From IMG/VR virus record IMGVR_UViG_3300007513_000026, positions 8,531 through 72,530 of that record: a DNA stretch of 64,000 nucleotides. One strand, 5' to 3'. The translations under genes were made by a program, and so were the position numbers. Source of the stretch: a virus. This document shows positions 37,685-48,249 of the stretch, in pieces (positions within the stretch are counted from its first letter, which is position 1; each line of letters opens with the position of its first letter). The notes beneath the pieces were generated by a model. It did no database searches and was not told where the DNA came from. It worked only from the letters and a program-made list of their open reading frames with translations.

Positions 37685-40477
37685 TTACATTAAGTCTTGT
37701 ACGATATCGCCTACAGCCTCGACGGCTCCATTTTTAATGAGATCTTCCATCGCTACTACGTCTAAATAGACGTTCGCTACTAAATTAGTGGGCCCTGTGG
37801 TGCCACCTGTGCCGCCCAATTGAGCTAATGCGGGAGAAGGCGTATTTTTCACCGTAATCACTGATTCTGTAACGGCTTTAATGGCGCTAGTAAAAGCTAG
37901 TGCTTCGTCAGTTCTAACAGAGTTAATTGCCGCAGACAACGCAGCAATTTGACGAATCTGAGTGGTAAAGTTAATCTTTGATAAGGTATTTAATGCGGTG
38001 ATAAGTGTGCTTTCTTCGGGTAATAATTCCAGTGCGCTCTTGAATTTCTCCATAATGGTTGTTATATTATCGGTACCTTCAATGCTAGCAAGGCTTACAA
38101 GAGATTCGTTAAATCTCGACATTCCGTCTGTTGCCAACTTGATGCCGTATCCTATCGCCAATGCTGCCGCCCCAATTGACAACAGAATTCCTACGGCTGC
38201 ACCAATAAGAAGTGCCTGGGGTCCTGCTGTGGCACTGGTAAGAGCCAGCATCATTACTGCAAAAGCTATGCTAAATGCGATGAGCCCTGCGGCTGCAGGC
38301 ATTGCCGCCGATCCCAGATCTTTAAACGATCCTACCAAAATTGAAAGCCCCAGGGCCGCCACGCCCACACCTGCCCCAATCATCGCGGCGGCTAGCCCAA
38401 TAGATAACATCACCCCAATCGCTGCCGTAGTTAAGGCAGCTTGGGGTCCTGCCACAAGAGCTATTAATGATACTATCATTACCATAAACGCTAGAGTAAA
38501 CACCCCAATCGCGATAGCTGCAGGAAGGGCGGCCGAGCCCAATCCATTAAAAGCCGCTGCTAAATCAGCTACACCAGTGGCAGCCAAATACACTCCATAT
38601 CCTATCCCCAGAGCCGCCAGTCCAATGGCCACCATGGTTGTAGCCAAGCTTTTTCCGCCCTTGCTGGCCATTTCGCTCCCAACGGCTTGCTTCTTCAGAG
38701 AAACGTTAAGCAAATTGCTAGATGTTGTTGAGAGATTTTTCGCTGCAATGTTCAATTCCTCCACTGCTGTGTTTGTGACGGTGGCGGCGGTTGCTGTTCC
38801 CAGGCGCCAGGTGGTGACTACCTGAGCCAGACCGAGTGCTATAGTCGCGAGTTTCCAGCCCAGCATCGCGTACATTGCATACTTCGCCCATCCCGCAAAC
38901 TCATCCACATGATCGGTAAGCCATTTTATCGAATCTACGAGCCAATCGATTAAGTCGGTAGACTCTGCTATGGCTGCATTCAGTTTGTCTTGGATTGATT
39001 GCATTTTTAATGCGCGGTCAGCCATCACTTCATAGTCTTCCGCACTTTTCTGTGTTGCCCCCGAGACCATGTTCATATTTCCGGACAAAATCAGAGCAAG
39101 ATCTCCCACATCTGAGAGCCCTAAAGCATCCTTATAGAAGTTCTTCTGATAATAGGACATTGTGTCAAATGAAAGTCCTGCGTCGAGGATCGTGTTGCGG
39201 ATTGTCTCGAAGCGTTCTGCGGGATTAGTCCCCATCATGAGATCCATCGCATTCACAAAGTTTCCGCCCAATGCGGCGTTTAGTTTTCCGGCTTGTTCTG
39301 CGGCACCTTCGAAGGTATCGAATTTGTTGGTGATTTGGAGGACTTTGTCCATCTCCATGCCGGTGATCTTGGAGATGTGCTGTAAATCTTTGAAGGCTTG
39401 TACACCTTGATCGCCAAACTTAGCTAATGCAGCACCGCCTTTGGCAAATTCTGCGGCCATTTGTGCGGGGGCCACTCCTAATTCGCGGGCAAACGTGGCT
39501 ATTTCCTCATTGACGCCGGCGGCATGTTCGGCATTAACTCCCAACATCTTCGTGGATATTTGAGTTGCCTTGGCCAAATCTCCAACGGCAATGCCTTGTT
39601 TGGCTAGTATATTGGTACTTTTGATTAAGGTCTTTTGTGAATCCCTCGACATAAACGTAAAATCGGTATAAGACGTAAACAAAGCTTGGGCGGACTTGCT
39701 TGCCTCCTCGGCTGTAACTGCAAACTTCTTAGTCTCATTATACGATTCTCTCACCACTGTCGCAAATTCTGCAGAAGCCCCCGTTGCACGTTGGAATCCG
39801 GCTTCCATATCCACTATGGCGACAGCCATCCCAATGATATTGTTAACGAATTGTGCGCTGATTGCGCTCGCTGCGGCATTTCCAAAGGCGCGCATACTCG
39901 CACCGGTGCCCTGTAGTCCTTTTGTAATCGATTGTATATTGCCTACAAAATCGTGGGTTTGCGGCATTGCCATCGCTTTGCCTAATGATTTTCCTAGGTC
40001 TCTAGAGGTTGCGGCCGCCTCTTCGATTGTGGCATGCCATTCTTCTGTCCTTTTGATTTTAGTGTCAAGATTGGCAATTTCGCGCTCATGGTTCTTAACC
40101 TCCTTCATGTTCTTCTCAAGAATACCTTTTTGAATCTTATCGTTAGCGTCGAGTTTCTTAGCTTCTTCTCCCAGAAAATCAATTCTTTTACGATGAACTA
40201 GTTTTTGTTGTTCCCACGCGGTCAGTTGGATGTCGGCATTGCCCTTATTGGCTTCAGCAACCTTATTATACTGTTTAGCTAGCTTATCGGCCAACTGAAT
40301 CTGTTCATTTAGATACTCCAAGCTGGAGCGGAGGGCGTCGAGTTGTTCCTCATAAAGCTCCAGTTTCGATTTCAGCGCTGCAGCTTCGGCATCGCTGGCG
40401 TTCTTGATTTGATCCTTGAGTTTTTTTATTTCCTCTAGGACTATTCTTTCTTTTTCAGAACGTGATGCCACTTGCAT
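37685..40477 (-). CDS. Tail tape measure protein
   Basis: 930 aa Ala-rich coiled coil with hydrophobic repeats; follows tube and chaperone genes. Confidence 0.85.
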   Translation of the reverse strand: MQVASRSEKERIVLEEIKKLKDQIKNASDAEAAALKSKLELYEEQLDALRSSLEYLNEQIQLADKLAKQYNKVAEANKGNADIQLTAWEQQKLVHRKRIDFLGEEAKKLDANDKIQKGILEKNMKEVKNHEREIANLDTKIKRTEEWHATIEEAAATSRDLGKSLGKAMAMPQTHDFVGNIQSITKGLQGTGASMRAFGNAAASAISAQFVNNIIGMAVAIVDMEAGFQRATGASAEFATVVRESYNETKKFAVTAEEASKSAQALFTSYTDFTFMSRDSQKTLIKSTNILAKQGIAVGDLAKATQISTKMLGVNAEHAAGVNEEIATFARELGVAPAQMAAEFAKGGAALAKFGDQGVQAFKDLQHISKITGMEMDKVLQITNKFDTFEGAAEQAGKLNAALGGNFVNAMDLMMGTNPAERFETIRNTILDAGLSFDTMSYYQKNFYKDALGLSDVGDLALILSGNMNMVSGATQKSAEDYEVMADRALKMQSIQDKLNAAIAESTDLIDWLVDSIKWLTDHVDEFAGWAKYAMYAMLGWKLATIALGLAQVVTTWRLGTATAATVTNTAVEELNIAAKNLSTTSSNLLNVSLKKQAVGSEMASKGGKSLATTMVAIGLAALGIGYGVYLAATGVADLAAAFNGLGSAALPAAIAIGVFTLAFMVMIVSLIALVAGPQAALTTAAIGVMLSIGLAAAMIGAGVGVAALGLSILVGSFKDLGSAAMPAAAGLIAFSIAFAVMMLALTSATAGPQALLIGAAVGILLSIGAAALAIGYGIKLATDGMSRFNESLVSLASIEGTDNITTIMEKFKSALELLPEESTLITALNTLSKINFTTQIRQIAALSAAINSVRTDEALAFTSAIKAVTESVITVKNTPSPALAQLGGTGGTTGPTNLVANVYLDVVAMEDLIKNGAVEAVGDIVQDLM

Positions 40478-40512
40478 ACCCTCGCTTTGTAGTATATTCT
40501 AATTAGTTTTAT

Positions 40513-40542
40513 AAAAAAAAAGACAAAGCAATTGCTTTGTCT
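40513..40542 (-). terminator. Intrinsic terminator
   Basis: AGACAAAGC-AATT-GCTTTGTCT followed by T-run on minus strand. Confidence 0.75.
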
Positions 40543-40799
40543 AGAAACGCCCCTTGGGAGGGGGAGGCGGTTGATTGTGACGCGTTAAAGTTTGGGCACT
40601 GCTTTGTCCCTCTCCTTTTTGCGCTCTTTCGATAGCCTCTTTTTCGTCCTTAAGCTGCTTCATAAGGCGTTTTACAAACCACAATCGCAACCCTACCGGT
40701 AAATTATAAGCTTCCGAAAGAGACCACCCACCTGAATATTTCAAAAAGAAGAACTGTTCGTACACGTTCTCCATATAATTACTGGTCAGGCCAAAAAAA
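40541..40799 (-). CDS. Tail assembly chaperone C-terminal ORF, probably reached by frameshift
   Basis: FFGLT...YEQFFFLKY.GGWS.SEAYNLPV.LR.WF; overlaps the upstream gene at a T7 run. Confidence 0.65.
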
Positions 40800-41633
40800 G
40801 TCCGCCGAGAGCGGCACCTCCATGTCTTGCTCGAAATCACACTCGCTGCACTCAAATAGTTGTGTGAGGTCAACGTTGGGGGCAGCAAGACGATACGCTA
40901 AGCGTAGGTGCCTGGAATCCATTGAAGGAATGTTGTTAATTAGGTAGTTGCGGGCATCCGGCGAACTGTCGCCATTAACAGCCACAACAATATTGGCGAT
41001 CTGGCGCGTCATGTTGCGCTCTAATCCTTTTTGCCCCTTTTTCTCGTTCTGCATGGCGGTAAGGATTCCCTTTTCGTCGCTTCCGCGCAAAAGTCTAAAA
41101 GTTGCTTTTACTTTAGTCTTGGGCAACTCCACAGTAAAGGAACCATTATTGTTATTAACGATATCCAACTGATCAATATTTTCGCCCGTGTAAACAGTAC
41201 CGTCATTGAGATTAAAACTATAGGCTTGGTGGGCGCTGCAGGCGGGGCACGTTACTTTAGTGTCGTAAACAGCGCCATAGCCAGACATCCTGGTAGCGAT
41301 AATGATCGCATTACGATCACCCACCAACAATGAATCTGGCTTAATAGCTTTGTTTACAATCAAACTTTCAATAACGCGATCTAGGGCCACGCCCTTTTTG
41401 AGAAGAGATCTCGATGTGAGAATGTCTTCCTCTTTAGCTGTCATTTGTTTGATTTCAATGGTGTCTTCGTTATGAAGAGGGTGTCCAGGGGGATAATATT
41501 TACCACCAGACGGCAATTCTACAAATTCTGTAGGAACAACAAAGGAAAACCCTTCTGTTGCATTTTGTACTATGGGTGCGGGGGTTTCCACATTTTGGTT
41601 TTGTGCTCCCACACGATCTTTATTTCTACTCAA
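40779..41633 (-). CDS. Tail/baseplate hub assembly chaperone (T4 gp26-like)
   Basis: VELPSGG, MTAKEEDIL, GDRNAI...R..GYG, CPAC, CSEC, terminal FFWP. Confidence 0.8.
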   Translation of the reverse strand: MSRNKDRVGAQNQNVETPAPIVQNATEGFSFVVPTEFVELPSGGKYYPPGHPLHNEDTIEIKQMTAKEEDILTSRSLLKKGVALDRVIESLIVNKAIKPDSLLVGDRNAIIIATRMSGYGAVYDTKVTCPACSAHQAYSFNLNDGTVYTGENIDQLDIVNNNNGSFTVELPKTKVKATFRLLRGSDEKGILTAMQNEKKGQKGLERNMTRQIANIVVAVNGDSSPDARNYLINNIPSMDSRHLRLAYRLAAPNVDLTQLFECSECDFEQDMEVPLSADFFWPDQ

Positions 41634-41692
41634 TATACACCTCGTTGTATTGTATAAGTATATCTTAGTGTGACGATTTTGTTAAGCGCTAT

Positions 41693-42298
41693 TCAGGGGG
41701 TGGCCGTGGTCGGGAGGGCGGCGGAGTCGGTGCCGCTGGAGTCCGTGATAACCAGTTCCGCCCAGTCGTATTTTAGAGTCAGTGAAACCTCGGTTAACTC
41801 ATCAGATCCATATTCCAAATCTCCAAACTTCATTTCAGTAATAAGAGCGTTTTTGAGCGTCCAACTTTCCACTGCGGCGCCCTCTCCATTAAGCTGAGAA
41901 ATCACAACCGCCCCGACGGCACTAGCCATCGATGATTTGGTTATCGTACCCAAATATCCTTCATTGGCTGGAATTGCATACCCAGCGCCTACTATTAACT
42001 CAGTAAACATCTGTGCAACATTCGACGTGTCACCACCCGGATCAACCAAGGTAAGAGACACATCTTGCCAGGTTACCGTGCCGGGAAAATAAAAGGTATG
42101 ATTGAGATATTTGTGTTCCGCTGTGGCGATCTGAAAGGACGGCTTGGTGCACGACTTTGCATACCAAATAACGTTGGTCGCTGCTGTGGCTGAGGAGTCG
42201 CTAAGACCAGCCATCGACACCATAAATCTAAACTTTCTTTTAGGATCGGTGATGTCCCCGGACGTATAATCGGCACTCCAAAAATTACTTACTGACAT
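41693..42298 (-). CDS. Tail tube protein (gp19-like)
   Basis: DPKRKFRF, KPSF, HKYLN..Y.PG..TW, FGDLEY, L.L.YDWA. Confidence 0.88.
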   Translation of the reverse strand: MSVSNFWSADYTSGDITDPKRKFRFMVSMAGLSDSSATAATNVIWYAKSCTKPSFQIATAEHKYLNHTFYFPGTVTWQDVSLTLVDPGGDTSNVAQMFTELIVGAGYAIPANEGYLGTITKSSMASAVGAVVISQLNGEGAAVESWTLKNALITEMKFGDLEYGSDELTEVSLTLKYDWAELVITDSSGTDSAALPTTATP

Positions 42299-42346
42299 TG
42301 GCTGTTAATCTCCTTGATATATATTAAATAGAGGGAAGGTATATTT

Positions 42347-45300
42347 TTAATCATCGAAAGAGGCTCCCGAGTTCATAATAATAAAGTCAATCGCAATATA
42401 CTCGATGGCTCGCGCTGGCTTCACCATAATCTTAGCATAGAGCACATTTTGGTCTATCAAGTCAGGTGTCGTTGTTGTATTGTCCAAAATCAAACGATAA
42501 TCGGTGATACCGTATCCTGCCTGGGTGTTGGCCAAAAGAGGTTCAATCAGTGATTTGAAGTTAGTCCAAGTTGCTTCCACGTTCTGTTCAAACAAAATCT
42601 GACTGGATAAGAATGAAATTTGCTTCTTCAAGTAAATAACCAATCTTCTTACGTTAATTCTATCTAGCGCGGAAGCGCGTGCTTGTAGTGTTTTCTGTCC
42701 GAAGACAACAATACCTGTGGAGGGAAACGAAGCAATCGGGTTAATCCGATTCTCATACAAAGTGTCGCGATCATCAGAAGTCACACGTTCGGTGACATTG
42801 GTAATCGTAAGCCCAGCGGCACCATCGGTGAGTCCGCCCCGATTAAAACCGGCGGGTGCGAACCAGACTGCGCTAGACTTCTCAGAGGAAGCCAGGACGC
42901 CGCACATAGCCACTGAAGGTGGAATCCACAAGAGGCGACCGGTTGCGGTATCTCGTGTTTGTACCCATGGGTAGAATGTGCATCCATAGCTGGAATCGAT
43001 TCTACGATCCTTGAGAGCGGTTGAGGCGGCTGTTGGTGTTGTTCCAATGCGCTGTGCTTTGGTGTTGTAATAACCTTCGGCCGCTGGAATATACACATCT
43101 GGAAGATCGATGAGAGCTAACGCGTCTCCTCGGGCTTCACACACATCAATCATATGTTGCGTTAAGTTCGTTTGAGTCAGACCGGGTGCTGCTAACAAGT
43201 TCATGTTAACAAATTCGGCATCAGCAACAGTATTAATCGCTCGTCGGTACGTGTGATAAATGTAGTTAGTATCTTCCGTATCAGTTGAGGCCATTCCGTT
43301 GTTGTACATCGGGTCGGGCTTCTGGATGTTGAATCCATCGAAACCTCCCCAGAAAGGGGCCGTAAACTTATTGTGTCCTGCGTTAAGAAGGGTGGCAACA
43401 TCTGTTACTGTTACCGACAATCCTTCTTTACGAGAGCCAGACTGATAGAAGTACTGATCTGCGCCGGAACCGCCGTCCCCTCGCACATCGTCCATGGAGA
43501 AGATATATGACCATCCGTAAACACCCGCTGCAAGATCGGCGCCACCAGCCGATGAGCGTGCCGGATTCTGGCCGGCTACCGGATCGTCTGGGAAGTCCGC
43601 GTACAAAAGTCTATGCCAGTCCGCGTAGCTCGATCCAGGATCTGTGCTTCCCGACCCGCGTGTGTTAAGAAATCCGAAATAAGCATTCGAAGCTTGTGTC
43701 ACACCAGCGGAAGCTGATACGCGTAATTGATCGACTGGCCAGTAAAGAGAAGCTGTAAGGGCGCCCGGTCCATCCGTAGAAAAGGCCGCCGATAAGAATT
43801 GGTGGGCGTCGGCCTGGGCGGAGGGCGCGCCGGAGCGGTCAGCGTTGCCTCCTCCCGCGCGAGCGATTCCACCGCCGACGCTACCGAAAGAGCCGCTATA
43901 AGTAATCCACTTCTCAGTGATCCCAGAAGCTGCCCATTCGGTTGCATTCATGCCAGAGCCTGAAATAATCGGGGCAAAGGTTGGAGGACCGAAGTAGCCG
44001 AACGGAAGGAGACGGGGGTCTGTTGCGCCTGCTTCTACATCGCTATTCATTTCCACATATACATAGCTAGACCTATTATCATATTCGCCATACTGCTTAA
44101 GACGCACGCCGGTGCTATCCCAAGTCCAATATTTATCCCCGATTACGCGCGCTACAAAATTAGGAGAGCTAGGATCTAAACTACATCCATCATAGCGCTC
44201 TACAACGTCGCTGGGGGGATCTGTGTCGTTAATTCCTCGAAGAACCACCGAAAAAGTACCATAGTCTGTAGAGGTCGTCGTGGATTCTCTAATTTTCTCA
44301 ATGGAGACCTTTAAGTTCTTGTTAAGCCACGCACCATGTCCTCGGCCTTTAAGTCGGAAAAGTTTGGTCATAGCTCCAGCGGAATATGTAGCATAATCGC
44401 CTTGGACATCTTGTCCAATAAACCATCCAGCGACAGCTTCACGAGAAGCTTGTTTCATCGAAGCAATCGATGTGGTGCTACCACTAGCCTGAATGCCGTA
44501 AATCACACCCTGCATTGCCTGTGTCGTTAGCGAAGAGCCAGAAACATAGTAATTGCGAACGTTGTCTTCAAAGGTCTCTCCCAACAAAATAGAATCCGAA
44601 GTGGGATAAAAAGTACCAGAGGCGTTCAATAGCTGCGGGTTTGTATTGAAACGGTTGCGAATAAAATTGTCATTGGTATCAACAAAGCTAAACTGAACTG
44701 TGTGCTCCACTTCAGTCGAATCGGTGTAAATCGCGGTAAAGACACCGCTAGTGTCTGACCCGATGCATTGTCCAGTACCGCGCCCTGTGGTAACAGTTGC
44801 GCCACCGCGCAGGGCGCCCGTAAGTTCGATGGAGCCCGAGTTCATATAAAAAATGGCTGCCAGCGTGCCAGCGCTAGGATTGGATGCATAATCGGGGCGC
44901 CCTAAAACTTGCGGCTGGCGCGTAAGGTCGGCGCCACTTCCTGAAGGGAAGACCCAGAGACCATATGCCCCACCAATCGTAGAGCCGGGGCCCTGGGGTC
45001 CGATTAAGTTTGTCGTCTTCCACCCTGCTGCGGCGTCACCGCCTGCCGTCGAGCCTGCGCTGGTCTCTTGACCAAGCAAGCGAATATATGTAAGAGGTGC
45101 CACTTGTGCGTGCAAAAACGCCTTGGCTGCGTAAGTTCCATACATGGGACTTTGAAAGTTGCCATGGCGATAAATGTCGCCGCCCGCGCGTCCAGGTACG
45201 GGCTGACCAAAGGTCGCTACAAAGTCTGCATATGATTCAACTGTGATGGGTTGCATCGCGAGTCCTCTTTCGGCGCGGCCGATAATTACAGGACCCATCT

Positions 45301-45385
45301 CCGGTGCGGTGGCAGTAGCGAATGATTCATCAATTTCATTGATAAACACCCCAGGAGATACAAATCTAAAATTACTAATGGGCAT
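42347..45385 (-). CDS. Tail sheath protein (gp18-like)
   Basis: VSPGVFINEID, WFAPAGFNRG, RINPIA, FGQKTLQ, LDRINVRRL. Confidence 0.96.
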   Translation of the reverse strand: MPISNFRFVSPGVFINEIDESFATATAPEMGPVIIGRAERGLAMQPITVESYADFVATFGQPVPGRAGGDIYRHGNFQSPMYGTYAAKAFLHAQVAPLTYIRLLGQETSAGSTAGGDAAAGWKTTNLIGPQGPGSTIGGAYGLWVFPSGSGADLTRQPQVLGRPDYASNPSAGTLAAIFYMNSGSIELTGALRGGATVTTGRGTGQCIGSDTSGVFTAIYTDSTEVEHTVQFSFVDTNDNFIRNRFNTNPQLLNASGTFYPTSDSILLGETFEDNVRNYYVSGSSLTTQAMQGVIYGIQASGSTTSIASMKQASREAVAGWFIGQDVQGDYATYSAGAMTKLFRLKGRGHGAWLNKNLKVSIEKIRESTTTSTDYGTFSVVLRGINDTDPPSDVVERYDGCSLDPSSPNFVARVIGDKYWTWDSTGVRLKQYGEYDNRSSYVYVEMNSDVEAGATDPRLLPFGYFGPPTFAPIISGSGMNATEWAASGITEKWITYSGSFGSVGGGIARAGGGNADRSGAPSAQADAHQFLSAAFSTDGPGALTASLYWPVDQLRVSASAGVTQASNAYFGFLNTRGSGSTDPGSSYADWHRLLYADFPDDPVAGQNPARSSAGGADLAAGVYGWSYIFSMDDVRGDGGSGADQYFYQSGSRKEGLSVTVTDVATLLNAGHNKFTAPFWGGFDGFNIQKPDPMYNNGMASTDTEDTNYIYHTYRRAINTVADAEFVNMNLLAAPGLTQTNLTQHMIDVCEARGDALALIDLPDVYIPAAEGYYNTKAQRIGTTPTAASTALKDRRIDSSYGCTFYPWVQTRDTATGRLLWIPPSVAMCGVLASSEKSSAVWFAPAGFNRGGLTDGAAGLTITNVTERVTSDDRDTLYENRINPIASFPSTGIVVFGQKTLQARASALDRINVRRLVIYLKKQISFLSSQILFEQNVEATWTNFKSLIEPLLANTQAGYGITDYRLILDNTTTTPDLIDQNVLYAKIMVKPARAIEYIAIDFIIMNSGASFDD

Positions 45386-45496
45386 ATTTGGTTTCCTCTT
45401 TTAAAAAAATAGTTTAATTGGAGAGTGCAATCATACTTTAAATAGTATTTTCTATTTCAAAAGGCGGCCTCCAGACGAATAAATTTGAGTTTGAGT

Positions 45497-46390
45497 TCAG
45501 GAAGTAAAAGTATAAAAGCCATTTTCGTCTGGGGCTACGATTCCTTCTTGTGGAAAGGTAATTTCCACAACATTTTCCTCTACTCTTACGATTGGTCGAT
45601 CATCGTTGGCACCTTCTCCGATTAAATACCCCAAAACGCGAATGTTTACTTCCGAAGTATAAACACGCATGTCTTCATCCAAATTGTCAATATTATTAGA
45701 ATGAGTAAAACCTTGATCAATAAAACCCTCATATAAATGCCCATTACGTCGCATAATAAAGGCATTAACCTGCCCAGTGCGGGCCATAAACGGGGCAATG
45801 ATATCATTCATTTGTTGTTGATATTCAGTCTTAATCGTGATCTTATATTCCACATTTACATAAACTGGAATAGGCACCGATAAAGTTCGAATTACAATCT
45901 TTTTATTAATACGGGGCGCCGGTCGAGGGGACCACTGCTGAATGGATGATCCTGAAACGACAGAGCGCGTCCCAGAGGCTACCGCAAAGTTGCGCGTTTT
46001 ATCTTCTACTATTTGGCGCGCTAGCACCATTCGCCCTGTGCGTCCGTTTTTATCAGTCGAATATGTTTGTGCTTGATAACTCCCTTTACGGGCAGGATCT
46101 TTTACCACGCCAGTGCGCTCAATACTCAACACCGGCAAAATAAGGGCGCCACCATCATCTCGTAGGTTTTTATTATGTTTAATTTGATAAGAGCGCTCCG
46201 GAACTTGCCAGAGGACAGGAACCTCCTTAAAGCCCTCATTAGTATAGGCACTCAGCCGTAAATCATCTTTTACCCATGAATAGATAGCCGTATCGATACT
46301 CTCGATATCGGAAGCCAACATTCCTATTTCCGAAAGATGTAAATCCATCCCCGGTGGAATCATCGCAAAATCAAAATTGTCAGGTAGCAT
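45497..46390 (-). CDS. Tail completion/terminator-like protein (gp15-like)
   Basis: IDTAIY, VPV....ER, LP.LSIER, P.YV.V.Y; lies between neck and sheath; start set to ATG 46390. Confidence 0.65.
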   Translation of the reverse strand: MLPDNFDFAMIPPGMDLHLSEIGMLASDIESIDTAIYSWVKDDLRLSAYTNEGFKEVPVLWQVPERSYQIKHNKNLRDDGGALILPVLSIERTGVVKDPARKGSYQAQTYSTDKNGRTGRMVLARQIVEDKTRNFAVASGTRSVVSGSSIQQWSPRPAPRINKKIVIRTLSVPIPVYVNVEYKITIKTEYQQQMNDIIAPFMARTGQVNAFIMRRNGHLYEGFIDQGFTHSNNIDNLDEDMRVYTSEVNIRVLGYLIGEGANDDRPIVRVEENVVEITFPQEGIVAPDENGFYTFTS

Positions 46391-46874
46391 CGAATAATCC
46401 CCTTCTTGCTCTACGACAACGGGCTGAAATTTCAAAACCGTGGTCTACTTGGCCAAACAGTTTGGTTGGCTCTGTTAGTTTAACTATCTCGTAATAATAA
46501 TCTCCGTACAAAACAAAATCACCTTCTCGCACATAGAGATTTTGATCCTCCTCTAATCTACGCTTATGAAAGTGTACATTAATCTCCCACGTTTTATCAA
46601 TTCCCACATTTGCCATATATTCCGTAGAAAAGTCTGTAAACTCCACCAACGCAAAAACTCGCACTGGGGGAAGGTATGTTTTCTCAATGGCTTCTCCATA
46701 TAAGTTATGGAAGTCTGTTGTTTCTAAATCAATAGGATAATAAAGGATCTGCTGACCAATAACCTTTTCGATTAACTCATCGTTAACCTGCTTAACAAGG
46801 TCACGTTCCTTTTCTCCAAAGAACAAAGGAGGAGGTGGGGCCGCTGGTCTTTTCCATTCATTATCTGACATCAA
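46380..46874 (-). CDS. Neck/head-closure protein (gp14-like)
   Basis: ELIE.VIGQ...YY, LYGEA, EGDFV.YG..YYEI. Confidence 0.75.
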   Translation of the reverse strand: MMSDNEWKRPAAPPPPLFFGEKERDLVKQVNDELIEKVIGQQILYYPIDLETTDFHNLYGEAIEKTYLPPVRVFALVEFTDFSTEYMANVGIDKTWEINVHFHKRRLEEDQNLYVREGDFVLYGDYYYEIVKLTEPTKLFGQVDHGFEISARCRRARRGLFDAT

Positions 46875-46879
46875 TCATG

Positions 46880-48166
46880 TTATCCTACAAAAATAGGTAG
46901 CGGCGAACTCTTAAATGTAGTCTCCACAGCCTCGGTTATTTCGGCATCGCTCTTTGTCAACTCCTTGTATGTTAGTGTATCCAATATCTCCATCAACTTA
47001 TCTTTCAACTGCTGCTGCTCATCTTTAGCCTGGGACAACAATTCTGAATGGTTCAAAGTGACGCTTTCACCTGGAATTGGCATCGTGGTAAACTTACCAC
47101 GCACTTGTCCCAGCATCTCCTTACACAATGCCAATGCATATTTTCTAATCCACTGCTTACCCATCGAGTTAATGCTCTCATAAGGAATATTATCAAAAGG
47201 TAGCGTATTGACGTTGTTAACGCCCTTCACACCATCTTTATAGCGAGTATTGCCCTGCCAGGGATCTTGCATGTCAATGAAGAATTCTACCCACATGCGA
47301 TCTAGCGGCCCTAGCCCCCAATAACTGGGGGTTGGATATAATCGGAGGAAATTGTCCTTAATCTCATAAGAATAGTGCGATGTGCGCGTGAACAAAGAGT
47401 CCTCATACATGATAGCTTGCATTTTATTCTGCCATGTGGGGATAATCTCGAATGTAGAATCGTCAGCGAACTGTCCATATGTCGAATAATTTCCAACGAC
47501 TCCTACACCCCCATAATAGCCGTAAAAGCGCCACATTGCGCGGGGTGAGCGATAATATACCCGCGAGATGATAACGCGCTGGTTATCAACAAGCCCTGAA
47601 AAGGCTACCGGTTTGCCAGCATCATCTACGCCGCTCTCGGATGCGGTTTCAATGATGGTCTGGAGGTCATAGTCCTGTTGATCGGTGGCGGGCGAAAATG
47701 ACGCCGAATAAATGCGCTCTGTTCCGCCAATTCCGGCGGCTGTCGAAGCTGCATCACCAATTTTACGGGCTGTGGCATACTGAAAGCGGGGGTAGCGCAA
47801 CTCGACGTTCGAACCGCTCAGCGAATCTCCGTAAACCAAGTTTCCTTCTTCGTTGAAGCTACCAGTACTGGCGCCTAACGAATCTGCCAGGACATTTTTG
47901 CTCTGGTGAAGGTTTATAATGTAGGAATATTCCAGTACCGCTTCTTCGTAGGCCGCATAAACGTTTGCGGGGGTAAGCTCGATATCGACCACGTCGCCAC
48001 CCAGCTTCTTATATACGTAATCTACTTGAACAGAAGCTCCCGTTAAAAAGGCTTGGGAGCCAGTATACATACCAAAAGGTACAGCGGACGCAACGTTGTT
48101 AGCACTTCCGGTGGAAGTAAGTACAATCGTACTAGTTTCTGAACGAGGCGAGAGTTCTGTAGGCAT
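46880..48166 (-). CDS. Neck/head-tail adaptor protein (gp13-like)
   Basis: KLGGDVVDIEL, WIRKYALAL.KEMLG.VRGK, VTLN..EL. Confidence 0.8.
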   Translation of the reverse strand: MPTELSPRSETSTIVLTSTGSANNVASAVPFGMYTGSQAFLTGASVQVDYVYKKLGGDVVDIELTPANVYAAYEEAVLEYSYIINLHQSKNVLADSLGASTGSFNEEGNLVYGDSLSGSNVELRYPRFQYATARKIGDAASTAAGIGGTERIYSASFSPATDQQDYDLQTIIETASESGVDDAGKPVAFSGLVDNQRVIISRVYYRSPRAMWRFYGYYGGVGVVGNYSTYGQFADDSTFEIIPTWQNKMQAIMYEDSLFTRTSHYSYEIKDNFLRLYPTPSYWGLGPLDRMWVEFFIDMQDPWQGNTRYKDGVKGVNNVNTLPFDNIPYESINSMGKQWIRKYALALCKEMLGQVRGKFTTMPIPGESVTLNHSELLSQAKDEQQQLKDKLMEILDTLTYKELTKSDAEITEAVETTFKSSPLPIFVG

Positions 48167-48249
48167 TTAGATGGTTTCCTTCGCAGTAATTAGTAAACGG
48201 GGGGACAAAACCCACCTATATTATGGGTTAACTGTCAAAGGAATTTATA

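Noticed and set aside
48210-48238. TTGACA upstream of the neck gene as a sigma70 promoter
   Set aside because: No -10 box at 16-18 nt spacing; the late motif at 48187 explains expression
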